In this document: piece after piece, positions 55,936-64,000 of the stretch
Layout: the number at the start of each line of letters is the position of its first letter
How positions within the stretch are numbered: the first letter of the stretch is position 1
From: a virus
Taxonomy: Duplodnaviria; Caudoviricetes
Length of the DNA stretch: 64,000 bases
Reading direction: 5' to 3' (one strand)
IMG/VR virus record: IMGVR_UViG_3300037067_026718
Coordinates: 64,001 to 128,000 of that record
Position numbers and translations under genes: made by a program
Notes under the pieces: model-generated
What the model was told of the DNA's origin: nothing
The model's database searches: none
What the model saw: only the letters and a program-made list of their open reading frames with translations

Positions 55936-56604
55936 CTACTGGTTGGTCGTAAGAACGATGGCTCCGTAGTAATCCATGGTTTTCTGCAGCAGCTCGGTCC
56001 AGGGCTCTGCGCCGTTGGCTTCCTTTATCCTGGCCTCGAAAGCCTTGGTGACGAAGTCCACGATGTCAGCTTTCTTGGTGAGCTGCTTGTCGATGTCGAT
56101 GGCGTACTCTTCCGCAAAAGCTTTGATCTCTTTTACGGTGAGCTTGGCAAAATGCTCACTGGTGTCCATGATGCCATCGTTTTCCCCGGGAGCGATGGGC
56201 TCCTTTTCAGGCTCGATTGCTTCTGTCGGAGCGACCGTTTCCGCCTGGCGTTCTTCCCGCTCTTCGTCGGCGCCCATGTCTACGATGCCGGCGAGGTCAC
56301 TTATGGAAGTGGTCTTCCTGAGCTTCTGGGCTTCGTCAACCTCTTCCTTCTCGATCGTTTCCTCGATGGCCTTCATCTCTTCACGGCTCTTCGCCCTCTT
56401 GAGAACGGAGTAGTTGGCCGAAGAAGGTTTTTCAACGACGGCTGTCTCGTTCTTCTCGGCATCAATCTCTTCCTGCCGGGACTTGAACCTGGTTACGCTC
56501 GATGGATACAGGGATTTCTTGGGACGTGCAGGCGGATCGGCAACCGGAGTCCTCATGGAGCGTCTGTCGGTGCGTCCCACTCTTTTCATGCGTTCAACTG
56601 ACAT
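55936..56604 (-). CDS. Charged protein with a Rho-N/SAP-like motif
   Basis: LTVKEIKAFAEEYAIDI..TKKADIV. Confidence 0.6.
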   Translation of the reverse strand: MSVERMKRVGRTDRRSMRTPVADPPARPKKSLYPSSVTRFKSRQEEIDAEKNETAVVEKPSSANYSVLKRAKSREEMKAIEETIEKEEVDEAQKLRKTTSISDLAGIVDMGADEEREERQAETVAPTEAIEPEKEPIAPGENDGIMDTSEHFAKLTVKEIKAFAEEYAIDIDKQLTKKADIVDFVTKAFEARIKEANGAEPWTELLQKTMDYYGAIVLTTNQ

Positions 56605-56624
56605 TGTTGTTTCCTCTCTGAGAG

Positions 56625-56661
56625 ACGGCCGGGGGGGCAGAAGCCCCCCCTGTGAAGCCGT
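56625..56661 (-). terminator. Hairpin after the major capsid gene
   Basis: GGGGGGGC/GCCCCCCC-type stem; weak U-tract. Confidence 0.45.
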
Positions 56662-56665
56662 TTTT

Positions 56666-57601
56666 TTATTCGCTGAACTCGACGTCCACGTAAGCGCAGG
56701 CGTAGACGTTGAAAACGCCCGACCCGGTCAGCTTCTTGCCCATCATGGTGATGTCTTCGAGGTCGGTGTCGATCATGACCTTGGTGTCGCCATCGGGAAG
56801 CACGTAGTTGGTACCGCAGAACTTCTTCGCGGTAAGCGAGACGATGCGGTTCTTGGGGAAGTGCTTCATGCTGGTGACGATGAGGCGCCTGCCGAAGAGG
56901 GTGGTGGACTTCCAGCCCTCTTTCATGGTCTCCCAGGTGCCGATGTTGAGATCGGTTTCGTCCATGGTCTCGGCTTCGTTCAGAAGCCATTTGTGGATGA
57001 TGGTGATCTCGGAGAGCAGCTCACGAACCTGCGGGTCGTCGTGTGCCGGTCCACCGCCATCGATGTACTGGTTGGGGAGCATCAGCGTGCGCTTGTTCAG
57101 GCCGCTGATGGTGGCGACATCGTGGTAACCGGTGTAGTCGGCGGCGGCGTAGATCTGGTTGAGCCACATCTGGTCCTGGACCTTGGCGATGTAGAGCGCG
57201 ATGTTCTCCTTGAACTCGTCTTTCACGGAGACATCGAGCATCCTGAGCTCGTCGACCTTCTTGTGGTACTCCGGGGACTTGATCGGTCTGATCGGAGTTG
57301 CGAACTTCCTGTTCTTGATGAATTCACCGTTGGGGTCGCCATCAAGGTTGGTGTCGACGGCGGTGAACTCATGTGCGAACCTGTCAAGAACGTAGAACGT
57401 GTCGTTCTCGAGCGCTTCCTGAATCCTGATGGGGTTGTGGTCGGGTTCGAAAGCGGCATCCCTGATGGAATTCTCGAGGATGTTCTCGCGGAGAAGATCG
57501 CTCTGTTCCTGAGCTATCTTGACCCTTTCACTGGGATCCTCAATCCTCTCCGCGAAGAGAGTGTTGTAGATCCTGTTGTCGATGCTGGGATCATTTGGCA
57601 T
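56666..57601 (-). CDS. Major capsid protein (HK97-like fold inferred)
   Basis: 311 aa, strongly biased codons, downstream of protease/scaffold/cement genes; IAKVQDQMWL backbone-helix-like segment, TLFGRRLIVTS. Confidence 0.7.
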   Translation of the reverse strand: MPNDPSIDNRIYNTLFAERIEDPSERVKIAQEQSDLLRENILENSIRDAAFEPDHNPIRIQEALENDTFYVLDRFAHEFTAVDTNLDGDPNGEFIKNRKFATPIRPIKSPEYHKKVDELRMLDVSVKDEFKENIALYIAKVQDQMWLNQIYAAADYTGYHDVATISGLNKRTLMLPNQYIDGGGPAHDDPQVRELLSEITIIHKWLLNEAETMDETDLNIGTWETMKEGWKSTTLFGRRLIVTSMKHFPKNRIVSLTAKKFCGTNYVLPDGDTKVMIDTDLEDITMMGKKLTGSGVFNVYACAYVDVEFSE

Positions 57602-57652
57602 TTTCAGCTCCTTCCGTATCTGAAAGCCTGAGTTTCACTTGCATTCACCGCT

Positions 57653-58177
57653 CTAGGTCAGTGTCATCTGGGAGGGCACGTCGGAAAGTCTGACCTTCAT
57701 CATACCGTTCTCCACACCGGCCACCGCGGGGACGAGAACGATTCCGTACACGAAGGCCATGTTGCTGCCGTCAACCAGCTCTATGGCCGGGCAAAGCACA
57801 CCGTAATCGGCGGTGTCGCCGGCGGCTGCACGCACGGCGCTCTGGTCGAATGTCCAGGCCAGGGGCATGCCCGAGAAGTACGGGTCGCCGGCGGGAGTCT
57901 TGAACATGTCGGTCCAAAGCTCGATGGGAACCTTGGCCATGGTGGCCTTGCCCGTGATCGCCACGTCGCTTCTGGTCGCGGTGTCCTGGTGGTTGACCCA
58001 GATGATGTAGGGATACTCACCCGGAGTGATGCCATCAGCACCCAGGCTGAAGACGGCTTCGCCGTCGGCATCGGCTATGATGATGCCGCCCTCGCCTTCG
58101 AGAAGGTCGGCATCGGTGTCATTCATCCTGACGCCTTCCAGCTCGTACATTTTCTTCCTGTTCACGATCTTCATCAT
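57653..58177 (-). CDS. Capsid cement/decoration protein
   Basis: Beta-rich, directly before the capsid gene, biased codons. Confidence 0.55.
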   Translation of the reverse strand: MMKIVNRKKMYELEGVRMNDTDADLLEGEGGIIIADADGEAVFSLGADGITPGEYPYIIWVNHQDTATRSDVAITGKATMAKVPIELWTDMFKTPAGDPYFSGMPLAWTFDQSAVRAAAGDTADYGVLCPAIELVDGSNMAFVYGIVLVPAVAGVENGMMKVRLSDVPSQMTLT

Positions 58178-58189
58178 GATATCGACCTC

Positions 58190-58567
58190 CTATTGGTCTT
58201 CGAGAGTTGCTTTGCTTCCGTAGAGAACCAGATTGTCAAACCGTACTTCAGCGGCGCTACGCTTATCTGTGGTTCGATCCTGATCCCCGTCCATCTGCGC
58301 TGTTTTGTATGCCTTGCCTCCATGCTCGGCAAGCCTGGAAAGCCTGTCAAAGTCGCTTCGGCCCATCAAAGCCTGAGCCCTCTTGGTGATGGGGATTGAG
58401 TCGTCGCATCCGAGATGACCTTTTTTCTCAAGGATCTCGCATATCCTGATCCCATCTACCAAAGACTTGTAGTCACTGGCCTCTTTCTCAAGAGCACCGA
58501 TCTTCTCGGCAAGCTTTCTCATGGTGGCTGCAGTCTTGATGAGGACTTCTGGTTCTATCTGTTTCAT
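58190..58567 (-). CDS. Scaffold-like K-x-A protein
   Basis: Five K-x-A motifs; C-terminal AEVRFDNLV. Confidence 0.7.
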   Translation of the reverse strand: MKQIEPEVLIKTAATMRKLAEKIGALEKEASDYKSLVDGIRICEILEKKGHLGCDDSIPITKRAQALMGRSDFDRLSRLAEHGGKAYKTAQMDGDQDRTTDKRSAAEVRFDNLVLYGSKATLEDQ

Positions 58568-58830
58568 GACTGCCCTTCCATCAGTACGCCGGCCCTGTTC
58601 AGATACTTCCTGATCTGCTCAACCTCTTCAGAACGCTTCTTGTTGCTCGAGCCTTCCCTGAATGTTTCGAGAAGAGCCCGGTCAACGGCATCGTCTCCGG
58701 ACTTGGCGATTTTCTCAAGAAGATCTGCACAATCAGTGGCTTCCTTAACAAGCTCAGACATACCAACGCCGGTGGAGGCTTCAAGCTCGCGCCTGACATC
58801 GCTCTCAATTCCTTCCACCAGGCTCCGCAT
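58564..58830 (-). CDS. Small K-x-A protein
   Basis: LVKEAT, LEKIAK. Confidence 0.7.
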   Translation of the reverse strand: MRSLVEGIESDVRRELEASTGVGMSELVKEATDCADLLEKIAKSGDDAVDRALLETFREGSSNKKRSEEVEQIRKYLNRAGVLMEGQS

Positions 58831-58832
58831 GG

Positions 58833-59348
58833 CTAGTCCCTGAAGAGCAGGCGAAGGAGGTGTGCGGTTCTGACGTCTTCTTCGGTGATGCCTTCGTCTT
58901 CGGTTCCCTCTTCTTCGCCCAGGGCTCCGAGGAGTTCCTCAAGGTTTTCCTCTTCCCCTGAATCGCTCTCTTCGAGGGCTCCGACAAGGGTCTCAACGGC
59001 TTCTTCGCCACCGAGCTCTTCGATGAGCGCGTCGACGGTCTCGTCGTCCAGTTCTTCCTCGCCGCCTTCGCCTTCTCCGCCGAAAGCGTCGCCAACGAGT
59101 TCGGCAGCGATGTCATCGGGGACCAGCTCGGGGGTTTCCTCGGCCTGCTCGACGATGGACTCGTTGATCAGGTCATTGGCTGCATCGGCGCCCACTTCTT
59201 CTTCAACTTCTTCGCCCATGGCGATCTTGTTGAACCTGATGAGAGCTTCCCTGGCTTTCGCCCGGCCCTGCTGTTTGTAAACAGCGGCCAGTTTCTGCAG
59301 TTCAGGGTCGTTCTTGAGGGCCTGAGCGATCTTCTTCATGTCGGACAT
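58833..59348 (-). CDS. Highly acidic scaffold-like K-x-A protein
   Basis: MKKIAQ, LQKLAA, FNKIAM, then a Glu-rich body. Confidence 0.75.
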   Translation of the reverse strand: MSDMKKIAQALKNDPELQKLAAVYKQQGRAKAREALIRFNKIAMGEEVEEEVGADAANDLINESIVEQAEETPELVPDDIAAELVGDAFGGEGEGGEEELDDETVDALIEELGGEEAVETLVGALEESDSGEEENLEELLGALGEEEGTEDEGITEEDVRTAHLLRLLFRD

Positions 59349-59411
59349 CTTTTTACCTCCTGTGTCCTGGAAATGAGTCTTGACTTACGGTCATAAGAGA
59401 GTTCATACCTG

Positions 59412-60116
59412 CTAACCGGAAATCCCTTTCATGAATGCAGCCTCGAGCACAGCCTTGACTGTCTCCGGCCCATGCTTGCGGCAGAGAGCCGCTATCTTCT
59501 CGTTTGTGTCGATCGCCGTCTCGAGCCTCTGGCTGGCCTTCTTCTTGATGACTCCTATGGTCTCCTGGAAGTACTCTTCCATGCCTTCCAAAAGAGCAGC
59601 CTTCTTGACGGCTTCCATGATCTCAGTGGTTTTCGAGGAAGTGGCATCCGGGGCATCGGTCTTGTTCTTCTTGCCGGTGGCACCCGGAGGGGTTCCTTCA
59701 TCGGGCTGTTCCCCTGATGTTGATCCGGTGTCGCTGCTGGCGTCACCATTGGCAGGAAGGGGAGCAGTGCTGGCATCAGTCGCCACGGCTTCACCGGTGG
59801 CGTTGCCTGCGAGATCATCCTGGACGGGGCCCGGGGTGACGGCACCGATCTCGGTCTTCTCGCTGTCCTGGATATTGCCGTCAACGGCAGTTGTGTCTGC
59901 CGCCTTCTTGGCAAAGCCGGTGATAAACGTGATCTGATCTGCGGTCATGGCCCTGAAGTCGGAGTCACTGAGCTGGGCTATCTTGACCAGCGCAGTGGCC
60001 GCGTCCCTTTTCTTGCCGGTCTCAGCAAGACCCTTGATTTCTGCGAACCTCTGATCGGCCGCCACCTTGACGGTGGGCTCAGCCATCAGCGATTCCAGTA
60101 GACTCGGTCTAGGCAT
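59412..60116 (-). CDS. Scaffold-like K-x-A protein
   Basis: Start MPRPS (AAGGAGG RBS); at least six K-x-A motifs flanking a disordered core. Confidence 0.75.
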   Translation of the reverse strand: MPRPSLLESLMAEPTVKVAADQRFAEIKGLAETGKKRDAATALVKIAQLSDSDFRAMTADQITFITGFAKKAADTTAVDGNIQDSEKTEIGAVTPGPVQDDLAGNATGEAVATDASTAPLPANGDASSDTGSTSGEQPDEGTPPGATGKKNKTDAPDATSSKTTEIMEAVKKAALLEGMEEYFQETIGVIKKKASQRLETAIDTNEKIAALCRKHGPETVKAVLEAAFMKGISG

Positions 60117-60147
60117 TGTAACCTCCTTCATTCTTCAACTAAAGTAC

Positions 60148-62832
60148 TTACTTTCCGATGGGACGCAACCCCTCGAAAGACTTGTATGCACCGCCCAATC
60201 GGACGGCTGCGATTTTGGGATCTTCCTTATCGTTGTAGCTCCCTTCAGCGTACTCCTTTATTCTTGACTGACAGGCAACTACGAGGTCGGCTCGTTTGTA
60301 GAACTCATTCTGCCAGTCGGTGTTCATGAAGGTGGCAACCACATGTTTGGCGTAGTCGCTTGAAACCATGGGGGCGCCATGGGCTACTTTCTCCATTGAA
60401 GCTGTTTTCTGCCTTGTCAGGTCGAAGCGAGGTAAAAAAGAACGGACAGGCAGGAATGGAGCAAGCAACTGGGCGACCTTGTAGTTGTAGGCTACTCTCC
60501 GCATGGGGACGTTCTTCACCGATGCCATCTTGGGGGACAGCATGATGGTAACGTGCTTCTTGATCACGATCGCCCTGGGCTTGTCACCGCTTTTGAGCGC
60601 ATCGATGACAGCGTATTCCTTGGGCATGACGTGCATCCCCATCAAGCCAGCCGTATCGAAGATGTCCTCGAAAGGATGCGATGCCAGTGCTTCGCATGTC
60701 TCCATCGGAAGCTCCGGAGTAATGGCGTCCTGGTAGCCCTCGGACTCCTTTTTGTCCTTGCTTTCCACGGAGACATCGGCGGTTATGTCTTCAGGGGAAG
60801 CTTTTTCTATTTCAGCTTCCTTGCTCTTGGCTGCTTCCTTGAAGAAGAGTGCTCCTGCATCGGCAGAGAAACCGGTGAAGTATACAGTTGTTCCTATGCC
60901 GGCAGCCTTGTTGAGCTCCTGGATGACATTGGTTCCTTTGTCCGCTCTGGTGAAGACGAAACTCTGGTCGAAGAAAGTCGGCTTTGTGTTGTGAACGCAA
61001 GTGATCCTTCCCCGGTTCGCCATGTCGTTGTAAGGATGGAACTGAAGAAGATGGTTCTTCGCGTGGTCACAGTACTCGGCCCGGGTCTTGGCTTTCTTGC
61101 CGCAGATGGAGCAGACGTCATAAGGAACCCTGCAGTTGTGAACAGCGATGCCATCCAATAGATAACTTTCGTCGTCAGAGACAGCAAAGTTATAGACATC
61201 ATCATCATATGGAACAACTTCATTCTCCTCAACAGGCGTAATGAGATACAGGACATCGTCTATCATGGAAAAGAATCTCTTGTTGTTTATTGTCTTCGAT
61301 CTTCCCAGTATATGTGATGACCGGTGAAGTCGATACGCTGTATCGGTTCCAATCCATATCTGATACTCTATAGTCTGCTTGCGTACCAGAGATCGTGGGC
61401 CCGGCTTATGAACTATGACATTAACAGAAGAGATCATCATACATCTAAGCAATATGATTTGTAGTTGCTTTGCAAGCTGGAAGGATGCTGTTGATAGATA
61501 GATGGAACCTTGATAGCAACCACCATCTCCATTAGCGTAAGCTCCCAAAAACTCTTGGAGGCTTTCTTCCTCAGCACCCATAATCGATGATGACAACGTC
61601 TTGCTGGTAGAGCCAACACCGCAATGTTCAATGCATAGTTCGGTAAAAGACCGATCATAAATGGTGATGTACTTACCATTTCGCTCTTCGATGTCACGCT
61701 CTGTGACAGAAGTGAACCCCATACGCTCTGCTAAAGACAGTATTTCTTGATGTATAGATGTCTCATGCAAACCTGTGCAGAATTGCACAGCCATGGGAGT
61801 TCCAGCCTTTGTATAGAGAGGACATCCTTCGGCTAGATAGTACCCCAAAAGGCGGCTTTCGTCGACAGAGAATTTCCTTGCAGCATCAAAAGTAGGTACT
61901 GGCGTTAGTAGGCGATCACCTATATCTACTTCATCAGCTCTGATCCATTCTGGCCTATATTTTATTTGTGTTTTGCAGGAAACGCAGCCTGACTTAATAA
62001 AAGGGCTATCTGGAGTACAGACCTGCTGACGACGTCCGCGGTTTATGTCGTTACTAGATGGTTTGCATAGAATTTGGTCAGATCTCAGAACCAAGAGGGG
62101 ATGTTCGTCTGTTAGAATGAGAGGATCACGGTTTCCATATACTTTGATATGATGAATATTGCCCCGGTGTTTACGTACCATTGTTGTAGTGACGGATTTC
62201 GGTACTCCTCTATGCGTTATCACTTTGTCACCAGAGGAGATTGTTTCGATGGGAACGTATTGACCATCGGAAGATAGAATCATTGATCCCTTTGGTACGC
62301 AGCCCATGCTGACATCCGGAAACTTGCCGCTTCTGATCCTGGCTATGATCTCGATCGACTTGCTGATGTCTTTGTCCAACCTGGATATGACCTCGATCCT
62401 GTGCATCTTGAGGTTGTAGCCCGTGGCTATGACCTTGCCAATACTCAGCTTTGGATCGCTGTTGTTATGAAGCAGGAAGGGATGGGCGTTGGTGAAAGTC
62501 CTGTAGTAACCATCATAGTAGATGTTCTGCTCTGGGAAGCTGTCCCCGTTGTTGTTGGGGCCGTAGTACTCGAAGGCCGACACGATGTTGATGTGAGTGT
62601 AGACATGCTTGTCGAAGTCGGGGTCGCAGTCATGCCAGAACTGGGCAAGCTCGTCGGGCATGACAGACAGGTCCATAGTGCTGTCCAGATCGGCTGATGC
62701 CATCTTGGCCATCGATTCCCTGGAAAGCAAAAGATGCATCCTGGGGCTGCCGAGAGGGTCATGGCTGCCAACGTTGACCAGTTTGATCATTCCGCCATCG
62801 GTTGGCATCGTCATCAGTACCTTCCGCTCCAT
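60148..62832 (-). CDS. Prohead maturation protease (intein-split) with a Zn finger and a K-x-A-rich C-terminal region
   Basis: NNNGDSF, PFLLHNN (His), IGKVI, DVSMG (Ser), CSICG..YCDH; position before scaffold and capsid genes. Confidence 0.75.
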   Translation of the reverse strand: MERKVLMTMPTDGGMIKLVNVGSHDPLGSPRMHLLLSRESMAKMASADLDSTMDLSVMPDELAQFWHDCDPDFDKHVYTHINIVSAFEYYGPNNNGDSFPEQNIYYDGYYRTFTNAHPFLLHNNSDPKLSIGKVIATGYNLKMHRIEVISRLDKDISKSIEIIARIRSGKFPDVSMGCVPKGSMILSSDGQYVPIETISSGDKVITHRGVPKSVTTTMVRKHRGNIHHIKVYGNRDPLILTDEHPLLVLRSDQILCKPSSNDINRGRRQQVCTPDSPFIKSGCVSCKTQIKYRPEWIRADEVDIGDRLLTPVPTFDAARKFSVDESRLLGYYLAEGCPLYTKAGTPMAVQFCTGLHETSIHQEILSLAERMGFTSVTERDIEERNGKYITIYDRSFTELCIEHCGVGSTSKTLSSSIMGAEEESLQEFLGAYANGDGGCYQGSIYLSTASFQLAKQLQIILLRCMMISSVNVIVHKPGPRSLVRKQTIEYQIWIGTDTAYRLHRSSHILGRSKTINNKRFFSMIDDVLYLITPVEENEVVPYDDDVYNFAVSDDESYLLDGIAVHNCRVPYDVCSICGKKAKTRAEYCDHAKNHLLQFHPYNDMANRGRITCVHNTKPTFFDQSFVFTRADKGTNVIQELNKAAGIGTTVYFTGFSADAGALFFKEAAKSKEAEIEKASPEDITADVSVESKDKKESEGYQDAITPELPMETCEALASHPFEDIFDTAGLMGMHVMPKEYAVIDALKSGDKPRAIVIKKHVTIMLSPKMASVKNVPMRRVAYNYKVAQLLAPFLPVRSFLPRFDLTRQKTASMEKVAHGAPMVSSDYAKHVVATFMNTDWQNEFYKRADLVVACQSRIKEYAEGSYNDKEDPKIAAVRLGGAYKSFEGLRPIGK
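61135..62301 (-). mobile_element. Intein with LAGLIDADG homing endonuclease (389 aa)
   Basis: CVPKGS start, LTDEHP block B, LLGYYLAEG and FLGAYANGDG, VYNFAV..AVHN|C end; visibly more AT-rich than its flanks. Confidence 0.93.
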
Positions 62833-63932
62833 TCGAGGCCAGGCCTTTCGCCCAAGATGGCCTTGAAAGTGTCGGGTTCCTGCATGAGTCTCTCTTCGTT
62901 CACTGCCCCCGCAAGGGCTGGAGCGATGTTCATGGGCTCCATTTTCATGCTGGTTGCGACAGCCGATGGATCCCTGGACTGTATATCAACAAGGGCCTTC
63001 GCTGTGTTGATGTCCAGGCCGTCAATACCATAGTCGACTGCGTTGCGAAGCAGTACTGAGGCTGTTGACGGTATGCTGGCCAGGCTGGGAGACAAGCGGT
63101 GAATGTCTTCGTAGAGAATCTCGTACCTGGGATCCTTCAAAAACTCCGGATACCTGGCCGTGAGAGCGTCCCAGTGTCTCTGCCGTGATGCTTTCTCGGT
63201 GACCTTGCTCTCGGCTATCAGGTAAGCCCTGCCGAGCTGCTGAGCAGCAAATGCCGCGGCAGCCAGTGCCGCGTATGTCTTCCATCCGAGACGAGGGTTG
63301 AAAGCTTCCTTCTGCATACCCTGCTGAAGGGATATGGCTCCAGCCAGGGCTCTTTCTCTGATGTCTGAAAATTCCATATCTCCTCCAAGCGATGCTGTCT
63401 TACGACCGCCGTAATTTTTGTTCCACTTGATGAACGGATTTCTGGCGCCCATGGCAGCCCCTGTCTGAGCTGCATGCCTGGCTATAATGGGCCTGTTTAT
63501 GGCGTAGTTGAGATAAGCGAACAGAGGAGCAGTGACGGCTCCATAGGTAATGCCTCCGGCTACATTCGAAGCCCTGCCATACCTTTTGGCGATCTGACTG
63601 AGCCTGCTGAACTTGGGGGCCGACCTGAGGTGAGAAGCAAGTTCTGCTGTTCCAACAGTGCCATGACCGGGGAGAGCATTGACCAAACGCTGGTATCTGC
63701 TGTTTACAATATTCTGGGGCATCCTTGCCAAGTGTCCGATACCAGGGATTTTTTGATACAACATGTAAGGAAGAAAAGACGCCGGTATGCTGAGCAAAGG
63801 GCTGCTCTGGACAAAACCAGGCATCAGATTGTTGATCCCACCCGCACCCGGGGTGGAAGCAACATCAGGCCTGATCTCCCCAAAGGTGGAGCGCAGTCGC
63901 TGCGCTACCTTCCTCAGCGTACTTTGTTTCAT
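62814..63932 (-). CDS. Two-module K-x-A protein with hydrophobic helices
   Basis: LRKVAQ, GRKTAS, MQKEAF; internal GGAGGA-ATG at 63377. Confidence 0.75.
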   Translation of the reverse strand: MKQSTLRKVAQRLRSTFGEIRPDVASTPGAGGINNLMPGFVQSSPLLSIPASFLPYMLYQKIPGIGHLARMPQNIVNSRYQRLVNALPGHGTVGTAELASHLRSAPKFSRLSQIAKRYGRASNVAGGITYGAVTAPLFAYLNYAINRPIIARHAAQTGAAMGARNPFIKWNKNYGGRKTASLGGDMEFSDIRERALAGAISLQQGMQKEAFNPRLGWKTYAALAAAAFAAQQLGRAYLIAESKVTEKASRQRHWDALTARYPEFLKDPRYEILYEDIHRLSPSLASIPSTASVLLRNAVDYGIDGLDINTAKALVDIQSRDPSAVATSMKMEPMNIAPALAGAVNEERLMQEPDTFKAILGERPGLEWSGRY

Positions 63933-64000
63933 TCGTCCTTGCCTTCTATGAGGACCCTGAGAATCGAAGCTTTTTTCTCCTGCAGCTTCTGAACCACTCT
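63929..64000 (-). CDS. 3' end of an upstream gene (partial)
   Basis: RVVQKLQEKKASILRVLIEGKDE*; ATGA overlap with the next gene. Confidence 0.55.
   Translation of the reverse strand, partial: RVVQKLQEKKASILRVLIEGKDE

Noticed and set aside
2127-57631. Long plus-strand ORFs (2127-3383, 12485-13300, 37106-38044, 50139-51344, 53288-54241, 56414-57631, etc.)
   Set aside because: They are antisense shadows of well-supported minus-strand genes with biased codons; they have no recognisable motifs.
1-64000. CRISPR arrays, tRNA/rRNA genes, integrase or transposase, terminase, reverse transcriptase/DGR
   Set aside because: None recognised in this window by eye; a tRNAscan/Infernal/HMM run would be needed to exclude divergent ones.
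1-64000. Stop-codon reassignment
   Set aside because: Genes pack densely under the standard code, and TAA, TAG and TGA all terminate well-supported genes.

Overview
The window is a segment of a large contractile-tailed (myovirus-like) dsDNA phage genome, with essentially all real genes on the minus strand; the long plus-strand ORFs are antisense shadows. In transcription order (right to left) it holds a head module, neck genes, an LRR protein, tail sheath and tube, a frameshifted tail chaperone, tape measure, baseplate genes with an embedded sigma factor, three paralogous fibre-like genes and a Zn-ribbon portal. The head module comprises an intein-split prohead protease, scaffold-like proteins, a cement protein and the major capsid protein. 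Further left are a second sigma-70 factor, lysis/cell-wall genes, an ERF/YqaJ recombination pair, RadC, VRR-NUC, a DEDDh exonuclease and an 834-aa modular protein. At the left edge is an RNA polymerase beta-subunit gene that the ORF track misses. Four observations stand out. (1) A hydrophobic-x-K-x-A-(S/A/G/Q) motif is dense in head-associated proteins and almost absent from tail proteins and the intein, suggesting a protease-addressed cargo/polyprotein system. (2) A transcription system made of RpoB, two sigma factors and two promoter classes. (3) Russian-doll nested domain repeats shared by the LRR protein and the sheath. (4) A stand-alone NrdD glycyl-radical peptide inside the tail operon. 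All assignments come from motif recognition by eye and gene order; no database searches were run.
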